Assembly (NCBI RefSeq): GCF_018350175.1
Contig: NC_058368.1
Span: forward strand, 175,028,001-175,092,000
Source: Felis catus
Taxonomy: Eukaryota
DNA: 64,000 nucleotides
Reading direction: 5' to 3'
This document shows positions 46,570-60,512 of the stretch, piece after piece. How positions within the stretch are numbered: the stretch's first letter is position 1; each line of letters opens with the position of its first letter. The position numbers and the translations under genes were made by a program. The notes beneath the pieces were generated by a model. That model saw only the letters and a list, made by a program, of their open reading frames with translations. It did not search any database and had not been told where the DNA came from.

Positions 46570-47109
46570 AGAATAAGTCAGAATAAACCAAAGATGGTAT
46601 CTGCTCTCAAAGGAGCTCAAATCTAGTCGGGGAGACAGATTCTAAAGAGACAAGTGTGCCGTTAAAAATCGTGCTGAACAAATACTGCCGTGAGAACAGG
46701 GACCTTGGGCCACCTCACCCAGTTGGGACGGTAGGAAAGGACTTCCTGAGCAGAGAGGAGCGGGAGGGAGCCACACGGAGGTGACGTAGGGTGCTTCCTG
46801 CCAGGGAGGACAGCAAGCTCAAAGGTCTCAAATTAGGGGCGGGGAGGGGCACAAAAGCCATCCTGGCTGACAGGTCCCGGTGGGAGTAGCAGTCTGGCCT
46901 TTGCATTCGTTGTAAGGACAGTGGATTCATTTCCTTCCGTTTCCTCCGTGGTTACGCCTCTCCCTCACTCCCATCTGTTCCTCGGACGACTTCCATGACA
47001 AGGATATGGGAGGGTCATTCCCCGTATTACCTACCGCCCTTGGCCCCTCTGCGTGAATCTTCGGTTTGGGACTCTGGCTCGTGTGCTTTGCTTCTCAAAG
47101 CCTTGCTGA

Positions 47110-47640
47110 CCTCCTGCCATGTGTCAGGCACTAGGGAGGCACCAGTGATCAAAGCTAAGTCCTGGCCCCCAGAACTTCCATTCTAGAAGGTGGAGGCCCA
47201 TAAGAATCCAACGGACAAGAAAATCTACGGCATGCCACGCGGTGATTGGGTGGAAACAAAACACGGAAGAGAACCGAGGAGATCCTGGAGGAGAGTCAGA
47301 TTGTTGTGTTATCTAGCGACGAAAGCCTGCACTGAGGAGATGCTAGGTGAGCTGGGGGGACTGAGGGAGGCCCCAAGGCCCTGGGAAGGAGGGTTTCAGG
47401 CAGAGATAAAAGCACGTGCAAAGGCCCTGAGCAAGTGGGGAACAGCTTGGCGGGGTTTGAGTGCCAGGAAGGGGCTAGTGTGGCTGGAGCGGAGGGAGGG
47501 GAGAGTCGGACCCCAGAGGGCCTGGAGGCGGAAAAGTCACTGGAGGGTCGTCATCTGAAGGACAATTTAGAAGGATCCTCCGCTGCCATGGGGAGAGCAA
47601 TTAGCAGGCTGGAGAGATGGCCCAGGTCCAAGGTATCTCC
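47110..47640 (-). mobile_element. L2 fragment
   Basis: CCTGCCATGTGTCAGGCACTAGGGA...GTGCAAAGGCCCTGAG...CTAGTGTGGCTGGAGC. Confidence 0.65.
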
Positions 47641-47990
47641 GATGGGGTGGCAGTGGTGAACCCCACTAATATTTACCCCTCCAGGTCTTTGAAAGATTAA
47701 GGGGAACATGTATGCAAGGGATGTGACCCTGGGCCAGAACAGAACCCATGTCTGTTAAATATAGTCACATCCAGGCCATTTTGATACAAGGGAAATAAAG
47801 CCCAGGGTGGGGGGGGATGACTTGCTAAATATTCCTCAGCAGATTAAAGGCAGATTTCCTGTCTACCCGTCACACAGCTGCTTCTGGAAAAAGAATATCT
47901 CAAATGTATGATATCTCAGTCAGTGTGTCCTACATGATGGAAGGTCAGAGTGGCCTTACGGTTTGCTTCCGTTACAAAAAGGACCGCGTT

Positions 47991-48203
47991 GGGGCGCCTG
48001 GGTGGCTCAGTCGGTGAAGCATCCAACTTCGGCTCAGGTCATGATCTCGTGGTTCGTGGGTTCGAGCCCCGGGTCGGACTCTGTGCCGGCAGCTCGGAAC
48101 CCGGAGCCTGCTTCGGATTCTGTGTCTCCCTCTGCCTCTGCCCCTCCCCTGCTCTCATACTCTGTCTCTCTCTCCCTCAAAATAAATAGACGTTAAAAAA
48201 AAT
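47991..48203 (+). mobile_element. Can-SINE
   Basis: Full head, CT tract and A tail. Confidence 0.94.
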
Positions 48204-50152
48204 TCACCAAGGACAGAGCCCATCAAATGCTGACTTCCAAAATTGTCGCTGGGTGAATAGACTTGGTAGGGTCATGGCCCCGGCGGACGTTACATTCAGC
48301 TAGTGGAACCAGACGCCTTCTGCAGGTCCGGCATCCCCCCCAGGCCGGTTCCCAGTAAGGGGGGGGGGCCCACACTGGCGCCAGGACCCTGTGATCCCAA
48401 GAGCTCGTGGTCCCTCCCTCCTTACACCCTCCTGCTGAGAACGTCCCTGCTGCATCCTCCTCTGGCCTGGTCATCCCCCCATGTTACCTCTTTCTCGACA
48501 GTAGGACAGAAATAAGGTGAGTACGTTACAGCTTGGGCCTTGGGCCTTACACGCAAATCAAAGTTGTGCCCCACGTCCGCTACGCCTCGCCCGACCACAC
48601 CTTCTCGTGGGGATGAAATGAAAGGAAGTGATACAGGGGAAGCGTGCCATTCGGGGCCTGCCATACAGCCGTCGCCTGCTCCACGGTAGCCGTTCTTCGA
48701 AGCCTTGGGTTTAGCACCCCCGGTCCTCGAGAACCCGTGCCAGGTCTCAACTCTGACATTCTACAAACCTAAAAGTGGAGGAGGAACATGGAAAGGGTCC
48801 CTTGCCAAATTGTTTGGAAAGTTCCAGAAAGGCATTTGCACTTCGCTCTTTCCACTTTGCACTTTGCACTTTCCACTTCGCTCGAGCGTAGGCCAGCCAC
48901 CACATGCCGTGTGACAGTTTGAGCCCTGGAGGTCCCAGCCGTCTTTGCGATAACTTCTCCAGAGTCTGGGGATAGCATTCAGCAACGGGAACCGTAGTCC
49001 CAAGGACAGGGGAAGCAGCATCTGTGGCCTTTCTCCGGAGTCTCCTGATACACTCACTTCACGGCCACTTAATCCCAGGACTACCCACCCGGCCAGACAG
49101 ACATGCAGCTCGCTGGCCCCGGCCGCGGCTGACCTCCCACAGCTGCGGAATGACCCAGAGTCGGGGACATAGGAGGCATTCAGTAACTGCTCATTGAATA
49201 CACGAATGGATGCTTTCAAAGAGCTTATAGACAAGTGAGCTTAGCTTATAGAGGCAGATATAAGGGAACTACTGAAGTGTGGGCTCCACCATCCATCATG
49301 TACATTACATAAAAATTTCTAAATCTAACATTCCTCACGCCAGGGGCTGTGCTGAGGGCTGTATATGCCTCCTGCCGACACAGAGGGTGGTTTCCAGCCA
49401 CCGCTGTGGCTCGAGGAGCCTTTACCCGCACCCACCAGCCTTTACCCCCAGCTCAAACCCCTCTTCCACCCACCTCCCTCCCAGCCCTCTTCCTCCATGC
49501 TTGAAGTTGGCAAAAGACAGCTGGCGAAAATGGCAGCCTCACTTGCCAATCTGCGAGGAGGAGGCGTATTGGGAAGGAAGGGAATCCAATGCAAATTCTG
49601 AGGTCTGAGGCTGTTTGAAAGTTATTTGCAAGGCTGGCTGAGGCTGGGCTCAAAAACACTTTTTTTTTTTTTTTTTTTTTTTGGAATACATTTAGATTTA
49701 CAAAAAAAAGTTGCAAGGATAGTACAGAATGTTCTCATTTGCTCCACACCCAGGTTCCTCTATTATTAGCATCTTGCATTTGTACGTTCGTCACAGTAAA
49801 CCAACCCAGACTGATATGTTACTATCAGCTAAAGCCCACACCTTATTCAGAGTTCCTTGGATTTTGCCTGATGCCCACCCTCCCTTTTTTCTTTTTTTTT
49901 TTCCTGTTCCAGGATCCCATCCAGGCTCCTTCATACGTTGCAATTAGGCATCCTCTCTCCTCAGGCTCCTCTTGGCTGTGACAGTTTCCCAGATTTGACG
50001 TTTACGATAAGCAGGACAGTTTTGAGGAGTCCTGGGTAGGTATTTCATAGAATGTTCCTTAACTGGGATTTAGCTGATGTTTTCTCACAAGTTACACTAC
50101 AATTACGGGTTTGGGGGGGGAACACCGCAGAGATAACATGCCATTCTCATCA

Positions 50153-50208
50153 CTTTAAAAAAAAATGTTTATTTATTTTTGAGAGAGAGAGGAGCACCAG
50201 CAGGGGAG

Positions 50209-50244
<36 letters not shown>

Positions 50245-50362
50245 ATCTGAAGCAGGCTCCAGGCTCTGAGCTGTCAGCACAGAGCCCGACGCGGGGCTCG
50301 AACCCACGAACTGCGAGACCATGAGCTGAGGACGCTTAACCGACTAAGTCACCCAGGCGCCC
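50153..50362 (-). mobile_element. Can-SINE
   Basis: Reverse body; TTCTCATCAC duplicated on both sides. Confidence 0.93.
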
Positions 50363-51322
50363 TTCTCATCACGTTTTATCGAGGGTACGTACTATTAACA
50401 TGATGCATCACGGTTGATGTTGACCCTGATCTCCTGGCTGAGGTAGAGTCTGTCCCGTTTCTCCACTCTGGGGTGACTTTCCTTCTCCCTGTTTCTGTAC
50501 TATCCTGTCGCTATGACAGTCTATAGGTAAGGAGTGGGGAGGTATAACTTAGCTACGTAAATTGGGGGGATCCTTTTGCTTGGGAGTGTTGCCTCTTGCC
50601 CTCACTTATCTATTTATTCAATAATTTATTTACATCAGTATTAATCGTGGGTACTTACTTTATACTTTGGAATATAAGCCAACACTACTTTATTTTGTTC
50701 CTCAAATTGGTCTAGCCTTGGCCATTGGGAGCCATTTCCGTTGGCTCCTTTAACATATCACCATTTTGTTTTTTAAGCAATCCCTCACTTTTTGGCACTA
50801 AAAATGTTTCAAGCTCATCTCGTGTATTTCCTGACCCAGTCCCAGGTCAGCGATTTCTCCATGGAGTCCCCATTCCTTTTACTGAAGAAGACTAATAGAA
50901 AAGCCAAACCTGGGTGTTATGTGTGCCCATTACTACAGAGAGATCATTGTTTCTAGGTCCTCTCAGCTGCCAGAGAAAGGAAACATATGAGTGTAGAGTA
51001 ACCCATGTGTATTCATATCTATAAATATTTCCTTATATATCTGTCTGTATCTATACTGAGCTAAACATGAGCGCCTACGGGATGTCTCCACCTCCCATCC
51101 ATGATTCCATGGCTCAGTCTAGCCTTTTCCCGTTGCTTGTCTGTAACTTCCTACTCCAACGGTGAGAAACGAGCCTACCATCGTTGACCATCCATTTAAC
51201 TTAGTTGTTCAATTTACGCGTGCATATACAGTGGTTTCAGAATCGTTAACCTGCAGCCCCATAAGAAACAAGTTTATTAACTAGAGCGCAGTGCTTATGT
51301 GCAGTTCCTTTTGTTTTTCATC

Positions 51323-51356
51323 TTTTTGAAAGTTATTTATTTATTTTGAGAGAGAG

Positions 51357-51397
<41 letters not shown>

Positions 51398-51520
51398 CCC
51401 AAGCAGGCTCCGCACAGGCAGCATGGAGCTCTTGATGCGGGGCTTGAACTCACCGAGATCATAGACCTGAGCTGAAATCAAGAGTTGGACACTTAACCGA
51501 CTGAGCCGCCCAGGCACCCC
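51323..51520 (-). mobile_element. Can-SINE (older)
   Basis: (GA)n, GAATCCCAAGCAGGCTC...CAGGCACCCC. Confidence 0.9.
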
Positions 51521-51704
51521 CTGCTCTCTAGTCTCACAGACTCCACTCATTCCCACAGCTACCTTCGTCGCTACCCCCTCTGGGAGGCTGTTTCGTACAA
51601 TGAGAATGTGGTTATATTGTTTTGTCATGGTCTACATTCCGTCCTCAGGTCCCGCAAGGTCCTAAATGGCTTTTTAAGAATTTGCTTACATTAAGGTTCA
51701 CTCT

Positions 51705-51937
51705 TTTCTTTTTTTTTTAAAAAATTTTTTTTTCAACGTTTATTTATTTTTTGGGACAGAGAGAGACAGAGCATGAACGGGGGAGGGGCAGAGAGAGAGG
51801 GAGACACAGAATCGGAAGCAGGCTCCAGGCTCCGAGCCATCAGCCCAGAGCCTGACGCGGGGCTCGAACTCACGGACCGCGAGATCATGACCTGGCTGAA
51901 GTCGGACGCTTAACCGACTGTGCCACCCAGGCGCCCC
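51705..51937 (-). mobile_element. Young SINEC_Fc-type SINE
   Basis: Near-consensus; TSD AAGGTTCACTCTTTT. Confidence 0.97.
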
Positions 51938-53465
51938 AAGGTTCACTCTTTTCTGGAGTCAAGTTCTATAGACTTTGACAAATGAATTGTGTCCCGTATC
52001 CATCTTTGAAGTTTCATACAGAGCAGTTTCGCCACCTAAAAATACCCCTGTGCTTCATCGATTCAATCTTCCCTCAAACCCCAGAAACGCCTGGGAGCCA
52101 CTGATCTGCTTATTGTTTACATAGGTTGCCTTTTCTATAACGCCATATAAATGGAATCATCCGATACAGAACCTTTTTATACTGGTTTCTCTCACGAGTA
52201 AATAGGCACTGAGGATTTATTCGTGCCTTCGCATGACTTGGCAGTTAATTCCTTTGTATCATTGGCTAATATTCCATTATATGTATGACCGCAATTTGCT
52301 TATCCTTTTACTCACTGAAGGACATCTTGGCCGTTCCCAACGTCTGGCAATTATGAATAGGACGGTTATAAACACACGTGTGCAGGTTTTGGTGTGGACA
52401 TAAGTTTTCAAATCAGTTGGGTAAATACCTAGGAGTGAAATTGCTAGATCTTAGAAATTGCAGCCACTTTTCATCTCTTTGCTCTGACGTAACACTCAAG
52501 TACATAAAGCATTTCTTCCTCCCCTGTCACGGTTAATTGCGTCTGCACACGAGCCCTGCGAGCTAGGTGTGCCAAGCAGGGTTCTCAGAGATGGTAGGAG
52601 CTCACCCAGCTCAAGGAAATGGACTCTTGGGAGCCCACAGCATCGATGGTGAGGCTGGAGACAAGGCGGCCTGGAAAATGCGTGAGCCAAGGTAACTGGT
52701 GGTGGCAGGACTCCGAGGATTTTGTAGAAAACGCTCTGGTTAAGATATTGCTGCCGTTGGCCACTGGATGGCGCTGACGATGCTGTCAGAATTGATCTCA
52801 ATTGATCCAGCGTCTTCGGGTCACTTCCTTAAAATTCAAAGTCTTAGGCAGGGACAACTGATTAGCCAAAATGGCCCCCGAAGATGGACCTCAAGGGTCT
52901 TACAATTAAGGGCAGGGAGAGCAAATACACCCTATCCATGCCCCTACGCGCCCTCCTAGGAGACAGCGGGGTCACAAAGTGGAAGGAGTCCCTAAAAGAA
53001 CATGTAGCGTCGAGTCACTCTGCCCACCTGGACGTCAGGGCGGTAATGTAAGCGAGAAAACTTCTGTAGCGATGAGCCTTTATGTGCTGGAGTCTGTGTG
53101 TTACGGATGCTCAGATTAGCCCGACCATTCAAGGAGCCCGACTCTGGGGGATCTTGACCAGGCTTAGGAGATTGCATTCCATGCTGGACGGAATGCGGAG
53201 CCGGGGGAGGGCTTTAAGGTGGGGAATTAGAACTTCAGGCTCGAAATGTGGGCAGAAATATCTTGTAGGGGCTTGGCCTTTAGAGAAAAAGTCGAAGCCT
53301 AGGTTCTAGGGTTAGGGGCTAAAAATCTCAGCAAAAGCAGGAGTCGGGCTGACCTACGTATCTTAGGATTTCTCATTATTTATTTTTCTGGGTTGAAATA
53401 AGATCTTTAGGTAGAGATTAAGCTGCTCCACTGTAAAGCTTGATGAGAATCAGGATGCAACCCAG

Positions 53466-53916
53466 TGTGGTAGGCTGAAAATGGCCCCCCAAGGATAGCA
53501 GGTCCTGTTGCCTGGAACCTGTAAATGTTACCTTATGGGGAAAGAGGGATCTTTCAAGAGATGGTGAAATTAAGGCCTTAAGGATGAAGAGGTTATCCTA
53601 GATTATCCAGGTCGGTCCTAAATGCAATCACCAGTGTCCTAAGACAGAGGCAGAGGGAGATTAGACACACAGAGGAGGAAACAACATGAAGCTGGAGGCA
53701 CAGATGGAAATGATGTGGCCACAAGCCAAGGAATGCCAGCAGCTGGGAGAGGCAAGGAATCGATTCTCCCCTAAAGCCTCTGGAGCCTTTTGATTTGGGT
53801 CCAGCGATCCTAACTTCAGACTTCTGACCTTCACGACTGTGAGAGAATAACTTTCTGCTGTTTTAAGCTGCCCAGTTTGTGGCAATATGTTCCCGCAGCC
53901 TTAGAAAACTAATATA
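53466..53916 (+). mobile_element. MLT1C/D-like solo LTR with intact 5-bp TSD
   Basis: TGTGGTAGGCTGAAAATGGCCCCC...GAAAACTAATATA, flanked by CCCAG at 53461-53465 and 53917-53921. Confidence 0.9.
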
Positions 53917-54739
53917 CCCAGGAAACCGCAGCTAGGGAAGGGTGAAGGTGAATCCAGTGACAAGAGGGAGTGCTTTGAGACCTTGGAGAATAATATTCAC
54001 GCAGGCCTCGGAGCACGGCCACTCCCCTTCCCATCCGAGTCCCAGATGGGGCTCGGAATACATTCCAGCACAGGCAAGTAACAGATTTGTTATTCCAAGC
54101 CGGGTCTCGCTGACTCCAAAGGCCATTCCACAGGGATGTACGACCGGTCACTTGGACTTTGCAGCCTTAGTTTCCCCCGCTGTAAAATGGGCCTGCTGAT
54201 CTCTACTTTAAAGAGCATACGTGAGGGGGCCGTGAGATCACCAGCAAAGGCAGGGAACCCGGGAGACTGTGCGTGGCACAAAGCCCGCGTTGGAAAATGT
54301 TCGCCCACGAGAGGCTGGGCCCCGCCAGAGGTCAGGCCAAAGTCTGTCCAGCCTACAGCCGGGGCCGAGCAGTTGTAGGGATGCCCACCCCCGGACACGC
54401 CTCCTCCGCCCCACGGTTCGGCCTGTCTCCTCTGGAGGGACCACACCTGGAGTGGGAGAGCAGTCGGGTCAGCGTGACTTTAAGACAGAGCACTCTGTAA
54501 GGTCATCATGAACTGTTTGCCTCCTCCAGGGCAAGGAATTACAATGAAAACACCCACAGCCTTTTAGCGGGGATCTAACCAGGGACAAGGGGAGGAGACC
54601 CCGAACAGTCTGGAGATGAACAGTAGTATTCTGCCATGCTCTCCCAGAACCCTTTGGGGGCTCTCGTCTCCATTCTGCGGGAGGCTGATGGAATCAGAGG
54701 AAAAAGCAGGGGCGTTAGCACCAGACAGAGCACCACCGT

Positions 54740-54910
54740 GTTTAGATCCCGGCCTTCCTAACTGCTGTCTGCCTCGCCTTGGCTGAGCTTCTTTACTTCT
54801 CTGAGCCTCAGTTGCCTCGTCTGTAAAATGGGCACACGAACGCCCACATCCCAATATGCTCATGAGGACCAAAAGGGCTAGTGCAGGAATAGAGGCTCAG
54901 TAAGTGTCAG
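54740..54910 (+). mobile_element. MIR
   Basis: CTCTGAGCCTCAGTTGCCTCGTCTGTAAAATGGG. Confidence 0.65.
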
Positions 54911-56374
54911 TCCCCCCCGTCCGAGCCTGCCTGCCGCACACCCTGCCACCCGCACTCCAGAAACCCTTGCAGCCGGTTCCAGTGACAAGCGTGGGGTCGG
55001 TTGGTAAGAACGCTCATGTCCTGGGCAGGCAGAGCGCTGTCCCGAGAAGGAATTCGGGCCAACAGGCTGGGCTTCTCGACAAGCTTGGGTCCCAAGAGTT
55101 ACACCCACAGCTCTCTCTGTGGAACTGGGGTGGGAAACGAGTCGGGTGGACCCTTGTCAACCTAGCCTCGGGCAGAGAAGAGATAAACTGCATCTTCTGA
55201 AGAAAAAAAGGGCAGTCATTAGAGAAAATCTCCCTTTCTATTTTGGTGTCAACACGTTGGGAAGGCAGGCTCTCTCGGCACAAGAAAACTCGGCTCGCTC
55301 TGCTCCTTTATCGCGTTCATCTTTCAGCAAATAATTACTCTCCCTCCAGGCACCCTCATCTGAACCTTCTAATTATACTATTGTTGGGTTGATGTCAACT
55401 GAACGATAAATCAAACGTGGAGCAGAATGTCTGATGGAAAAATGTCCTGGGGAGCGAGTTGTGGGAAGCACATGCGTTAGGGACAGTCACGGAATGAGGG
55501 CTTGCTCTCTCTTTTCCTAAACTTTGCCTCCGAGCGAGCTTCCCTTTCTCTGCTGATTCTATTAACGTTGGGACCGTGATCTGGGCCCCGAGTGACCCAA
55601 ATCCTCCTGCCTCTAAAATGGAGGGAACTACATGGATCATTTCCTTCCCAGAGGCCTTGAGAGGGTCGGTGGTTCTGGAAGGAGAAGGGCAATGGCCCGG
55701 ACAATCAGAGCGCATGCAGGACAAACTCATTCCAATGCCTTCTAGAAGAGTCAACTTTGTGCCCGGCCGTGGTGCGTACGTCCCAGTGGAGGACGCGCTG
55801 GTCTGTCACAGTACAGCAGGCAAAATGACAGAGGCCTTGGAAGGTGCAGAGGAGAGAGCGACCAGCTCTGCCTGCCACATGGTGCCTCCTCTGGGCTCAT
55901 TTTGTCTAACGCCAAGTCTCTACCCGGAGCCAAAACCCAGCGTGAAGCAGTTCGATCAGCATTTGCAGATTAGTTCAGTAACTCTGCCCTGGCCCCTGCT
56001 GGGTAGCATGCCCTTGCCAGGTGACGGAGGTGGACGTAGGGGGCAGAAACAGCCCTGGCTTCAAGGGATCCCCCGAAGTAGGGGAGAAGGATGTGAAAAC
56101 AGATCATGAGGGAGGCAGGTGAGTGTCATTTTGTGGGGGTACCTATAGGGTATTGAGCAAGACTAGCGACTGTAGGGGAAGCGTCAGGGGCATCAACGTG
56201 ACCCGGAGTCCTTTAGCCCCGGAAAACAAGATGACTCGATATGCCAATAATGGCATCTCCTTTTTAAACCTCTGGTTTATGGCATGATTATTACGGACCA
56301 GGCACTGTGCTAACCACTTTTCTATTAGCTCACTTTGTCCTCACAGAAACTCGCGGGGTAATAAAAAAGTCGGA

Positions 56375-57240
56375 AAATGACTAACCATCATATGTCATCA
56401 GGGGAATGCAAATTAAAACAACAACCAAGGCGAGCTGTTATTTATTGCTGGTGGGAATGCAAAAGACTAGAGCCACTTTGGAAGACAGTTGGGGGGTTTC
56501 TTACAATCCCACAGCTACTCTTGGCATACGGCCCGGGAATTGCCCTACTTAGTATCTACCCGAAGGCGCTGAAAACTCACGTCTACACAAAAATCCACAC
56601 ACGGTGGCTTATAGCAGCTTTATTCATAATCGCCTAAAGTTGGAAGCAAGCAAGATGCCCTTCAGTAGGTGACCCGACAAATAAACTGTGGTGCACCCGG
56701 ACGCTGGAATATTATTCAACGCCAAGAAGAAATTATGGAAATCCTGGAGCTCTCAAGTTATGGAAAGACACGGAGGCAACTCAAATGCATGTTACGAGGC
56801 GAACGAAGCCCATCTGTGAAAGCTACACACTGTATGATTCCAACGATCTGACCTACGGGAGAGGGCAAAGCTATGGCGATCAGTGGTTGCTGTGGTGTGG
56901 GGTGGGTGAGATGAACAGGCAAAGCACGGAGGGCTTTTAGGGCAGTGAAACTACCTTACGGGATACTGAAATGGTGGATACCCATAGAATTTGTCCAAAC
57001 CCATAGAACGTCCACCAGCAAGAGTGAGTCATAATGTAAACTATGGACTCTCAGCGATAATGACGTGTCTGGCAGGTTCATCGATTGTAACGAATGTCCC
57101 ACTCTGGTGGGGAAAGTCCGTAGTGGGAGAGGTTTGGCGGGGGGCAGCGAGGAGGAGGGGTAGCCAAAGGCTGCCTGGGAACTCTGTGCTTCCTGCTTAG
57201 TTTTGCTGTGAATCGTAAACTGCTCTAAAAGTGTATTGAA
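56375..57240 (+). mobile_element. L1MC1-like LINE-1 3' end
   Basis: CATCAGGGGAATGCAAATTAAAAC...GCCACTTTGGAAGACAG...TAATGTAAACTATGGACTC...TTTTGCTGTGAATCGTAAACTGCTCTAAAA. Confidence 0.85.
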
Positions 57241-57544
57241 AGAAACAAGGCGTTGAAGACACATCCGGTCATGTGTGCTGCGGCTGAATATGACCTGGGC
57301 AATGTCTGATGGACTTTGGACTCACTTGAGTCTCAACGACAGACTTCGAGAGCGGGCGTGTGGTCATCGTCTCCTTACGCCACTGAGCAATTGAGGCTTT
57401 CAAAGACTTAGGAAGGACCTCACCCAAGTGTTCACAGGAGGACTAGATCCAATCTTCTGACTCGGACCGATCTGAATCCAGAAGCCAGGTCATTAAACCA
57501 CTGTGCTAGACTCAGATAAAGTCCAGATACGGCCACCATCTCAT

Positions 57545-57758
57545 TTTTTTTTTTAACGTTTATTTATTTTTTGGGACAGAGAGAGACAGAGCATGAACGG
57601 GGGAGGGGCAGAGAGAGAGGGAGACACAGAATCGGAAGCAGGCTCCAGGCTCTGAGCCATCAGCCCAGAGCCCGACGCGGGGCTCGAACCCACGGAGCGC
57701 GAGATCGTGACCGGAGCTGAAGTCGGACGCCCGACCGACTGAGCCACCCAGGCGCCCC
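57545..57758 (-). mobile_element. SINEC_Fc-type SINE
   Basis: Reverse body; TSD CCACCATCTCATTTTT. Confidence 0.96.
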
Positions 57759-59291
57759 CACCATCTCATTTTTAGTACAGCCTGTGACTGGTGCATAAAA
57801 CACTGGCAGAACCACATATTTCGTTCGCTCATTCATTCATTCATTCTTTCTTTCATTGCTTTGGTCAGCAGGGGTTTGGCCCCCCTCTGCAGTGGGCCCT
57901 CTGCTGTAAATTAGCATGTTCATTTCACTCTCCTGAGAAACAGGAAGCTTGAAATACCTGTTCTGCTCTCCATGGCTACGGCCTCGAGGAGAGGATCGGA
58001 TGTGAAGCCCGTGGATTCTAACCAGTCCGCACGATGATTTACCCCATCTACATGCTTACGGGGTCGTTTGAAAGTGTGGCAAAGTCCTCTTAGTGAAATG
58101 CACGGCGCCATAGAGCATCAGGAAATTGAAATACATGTAACGTATGAAGGAGCGCCTGGCCCAGTTTGCACCCGGTGAACCATTGATTCTAAATGAAGTT
58201 GCACAATTGCCCTGAAGGTCTGGTCCCAGGCTGAGCCACGGCAAGTCCTGGGGTGGACAGGGGGAGACAGCAAGGTAGAAGAAACTCTTCTCCTCTGCCC
58301 CCCATAGCTGACTTTGGGATCCGAGTTTGCCAGATAAAAGCTCTAGTCCCCCCTTTATTTAGGCTAGTGAGATGCAGCCAGCTGACTGGCCTTATGCCTG
58401 CAGTTTGAAGCCAGAGTCATCCGGGAAGACACTTAAATACATAAACAAGGACGAGAAATTGACTTTGAAGCCCCGTATTGGGCTCCAATCGGCCTTGCAT
58501 AGTTACTTACCGTGGCTTGGAGTGTTTTCACCTCTTCCTTTTTCCATTATCATGTCGAATGGGCCGCCCAGTGTCCCGGCCGAGAAGACAGCAGGTCAGG
58601 TTTAAAGTTAGCCTCGTAGGAGCCACGGCATAGCCCGCTGTCCGGGTTGTATAACCAGGCTGAGAGTCGGGTAGGAAGAAGTCACGGAGTCTGGTCGTAC
58701 CCGTGCTCTTACTTGCAACTCTAATGATTTCCAGAGGCGGGGGCCGTGGTTGTTCGGCTTTCTTTCCCTGCAGAGTGGATGTTCAACAGACACCTGAAAT
58801 AAAACGGAGCTCCGTTCTAGCCTTTAGGGCGTCTGTGGCATGGGCCACGTTCGGTCCGTTTCTGCGTTCCCGCGGGGCTTTGCAACCAAGGAGGCGGCCC
58901 GGACAGGCTTGCCTAACAGAGGAACGAGTGAATGAATGAATGAGTGAGTGAATACTGCTCACCTGGTCTGTAATGGATGTCATGGCCCTCAGGGGCACTG
59001 CAGGTGTAAGAACACAAATGAATAGCACGTTGCATTCTAGAGAGCGGATCATTTACGTTGCTAACCTAACTCATCTGCACGAGTGTATCTTTCCTCATAA
59101 GAGCGGTGTTCCGTTGGAGAGCAGAGAGAGGCAGGAGTAGAGCTGGGACACTGGACACACTTGGGTCCACGTCAAGCCTCTCTCCTCCGCTGGATCTCGG
59201 ACTTTGAGGCCACTTTGTTTCCTCCCCTGCAAGGCGGGAATAGTAACAGATATTTCATAGATTCTGTCCAAGGATTAAATAAGACCCTTCT

Positions 59292-59516
59292 CGGGCACCT
59301 GGGTGGCGCAGTCGGTTAAGCGTCCGACTTCAGCCAGGTCACGATCTCGCGGTCCGTGAGTTCGAGCCCCGCGTCGGGCTCTGGGCTGATGGCTCGGAGC
59401 CTGGAGCCTGTTTCCGATTCTGTGTCTCCCTCTCTCTCTGCCCCTCCCCTGTTCATGCTCTGTCTCTCTCTGTCCCACAAATAAATAAACGTTAAAAAAA
59501 AAAATTAAAAAAAAAA
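59292..59516 (+). mobile_element. Young SINEC_Fc-type SINE
   Basis: Near-consensus; TSD AAATAAGACCCTTCTC. Confidence 0.97.
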
Positions 59517-60294
59517 TAAGACCCTTCTCTGAATAACACATAAAAGCACGTTTCCTTGCCAATTGCCTTTACTAAGAGGCCCTGGTGGCCTGATCCTGGG
59601 CTGTGCTGAGATGCAAAGATGGCCCAACGCGGGCCACTGCCCAGAAGCCCGCTGAGTGGGGAGGGAGACGGGCGTACAGAGGGCTGATTCTTACGCCGGC
59701 TGGAAGCAGGGCCGTTTACGGTTAATTCTATGACCCACCAACTACGGCAAGTGCTACTGACTTAAAAGCAACATTTTATGGAAACCGTATGCCTATAATA
59801 CATATTCATATTCTGATATCAGAGAGGATGAAATATGGAAGAAAAAGCTTGCAACTCTGAGGTTGGGAACTGTCAGAGCACAGGACCTCTGCACGGGAAC
59901 TTGCAGGGCAGCTCAGAAATCAGTAGATACAGAAGGGGGCAGTGGGCGGGAAAGGGGACAGCTTGAGTCCAGGCCTGGAAGCGAGAAGTGGCAAAGAAAT
60001 GCAGCTAGGGGACAGTGGTTGTTGGTACGGGATGTTCTGGGCACCTGTGGTCACAGAGGTGTCAAACCCTCTGGAGAAAGTCAGAAATCCCTGAGTTCAA
60101 ATCTCAGTCCTGCTGCTTGTTGGTCAAGCACAACTAGCCATTTCACATCCTTTGCGTTCGGTCTTTCTGTGTGCAATGGGAATAGAGATACTTTTGCTTA
60201 TGGCAGGGATTACGCGGGAAAAAATGGGCAACTGCGCCCAGGACAGGGTCTGACACAGGAGGTGGGAGCTTTGTGTTAGAATCCTTTCCATTTT

Positions 60295-60512
60295 GGGGCG
60301 CCTGGGTGGCTCAGTCGGTTGAGTGTCCGACTTCGGCTCCGGTCACGATCTCGCGGTCTGTGAGTTCGAGCCCCGCATCAGGCTCTGTGCTGTCAGCTCA
60401 AAGCCTGGAGCCTGCTTCGGATTCTGTGTCTCCCTCTCTCTCTGCCCCTCCCCTGCTCATGCTCTGTCTCTCTCTCTCTCAGTCAAAAATAAATAAAACA
60501 TTAAAAAAAAAA
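60295..60512 (+). mobile_element. SINEC_Fc-type SINE
   Basis: Full body; TSD AGA(A/T)TCCTTTCCATTTT. Confidence 0.96.

Larger units (their letters stand above)
49660..52460 (-). mobile_element. Old L1 (L1MC-like) long 3' region, interrupted by 3 SINEs
   Basis: Poly-T, then TTTAGATTTACAAAAAAAAGTTGCAAGGATAGTACAGA...TTCCTGTTCCAGGATCCCATCCAGG...GGGTAAATACCTAGGAGTGAAATTGCTAGATC. Confidence 0.8.

Noticed and set aside
57876..57906. Two tandem CTCF-like cores on the minus strand (CAGCAGAGGGCC, CTGCAGAGGGGGCC)
   Set aside because: Only partial consensus matches; cannot be supported without PWM scoring or ChIP data.
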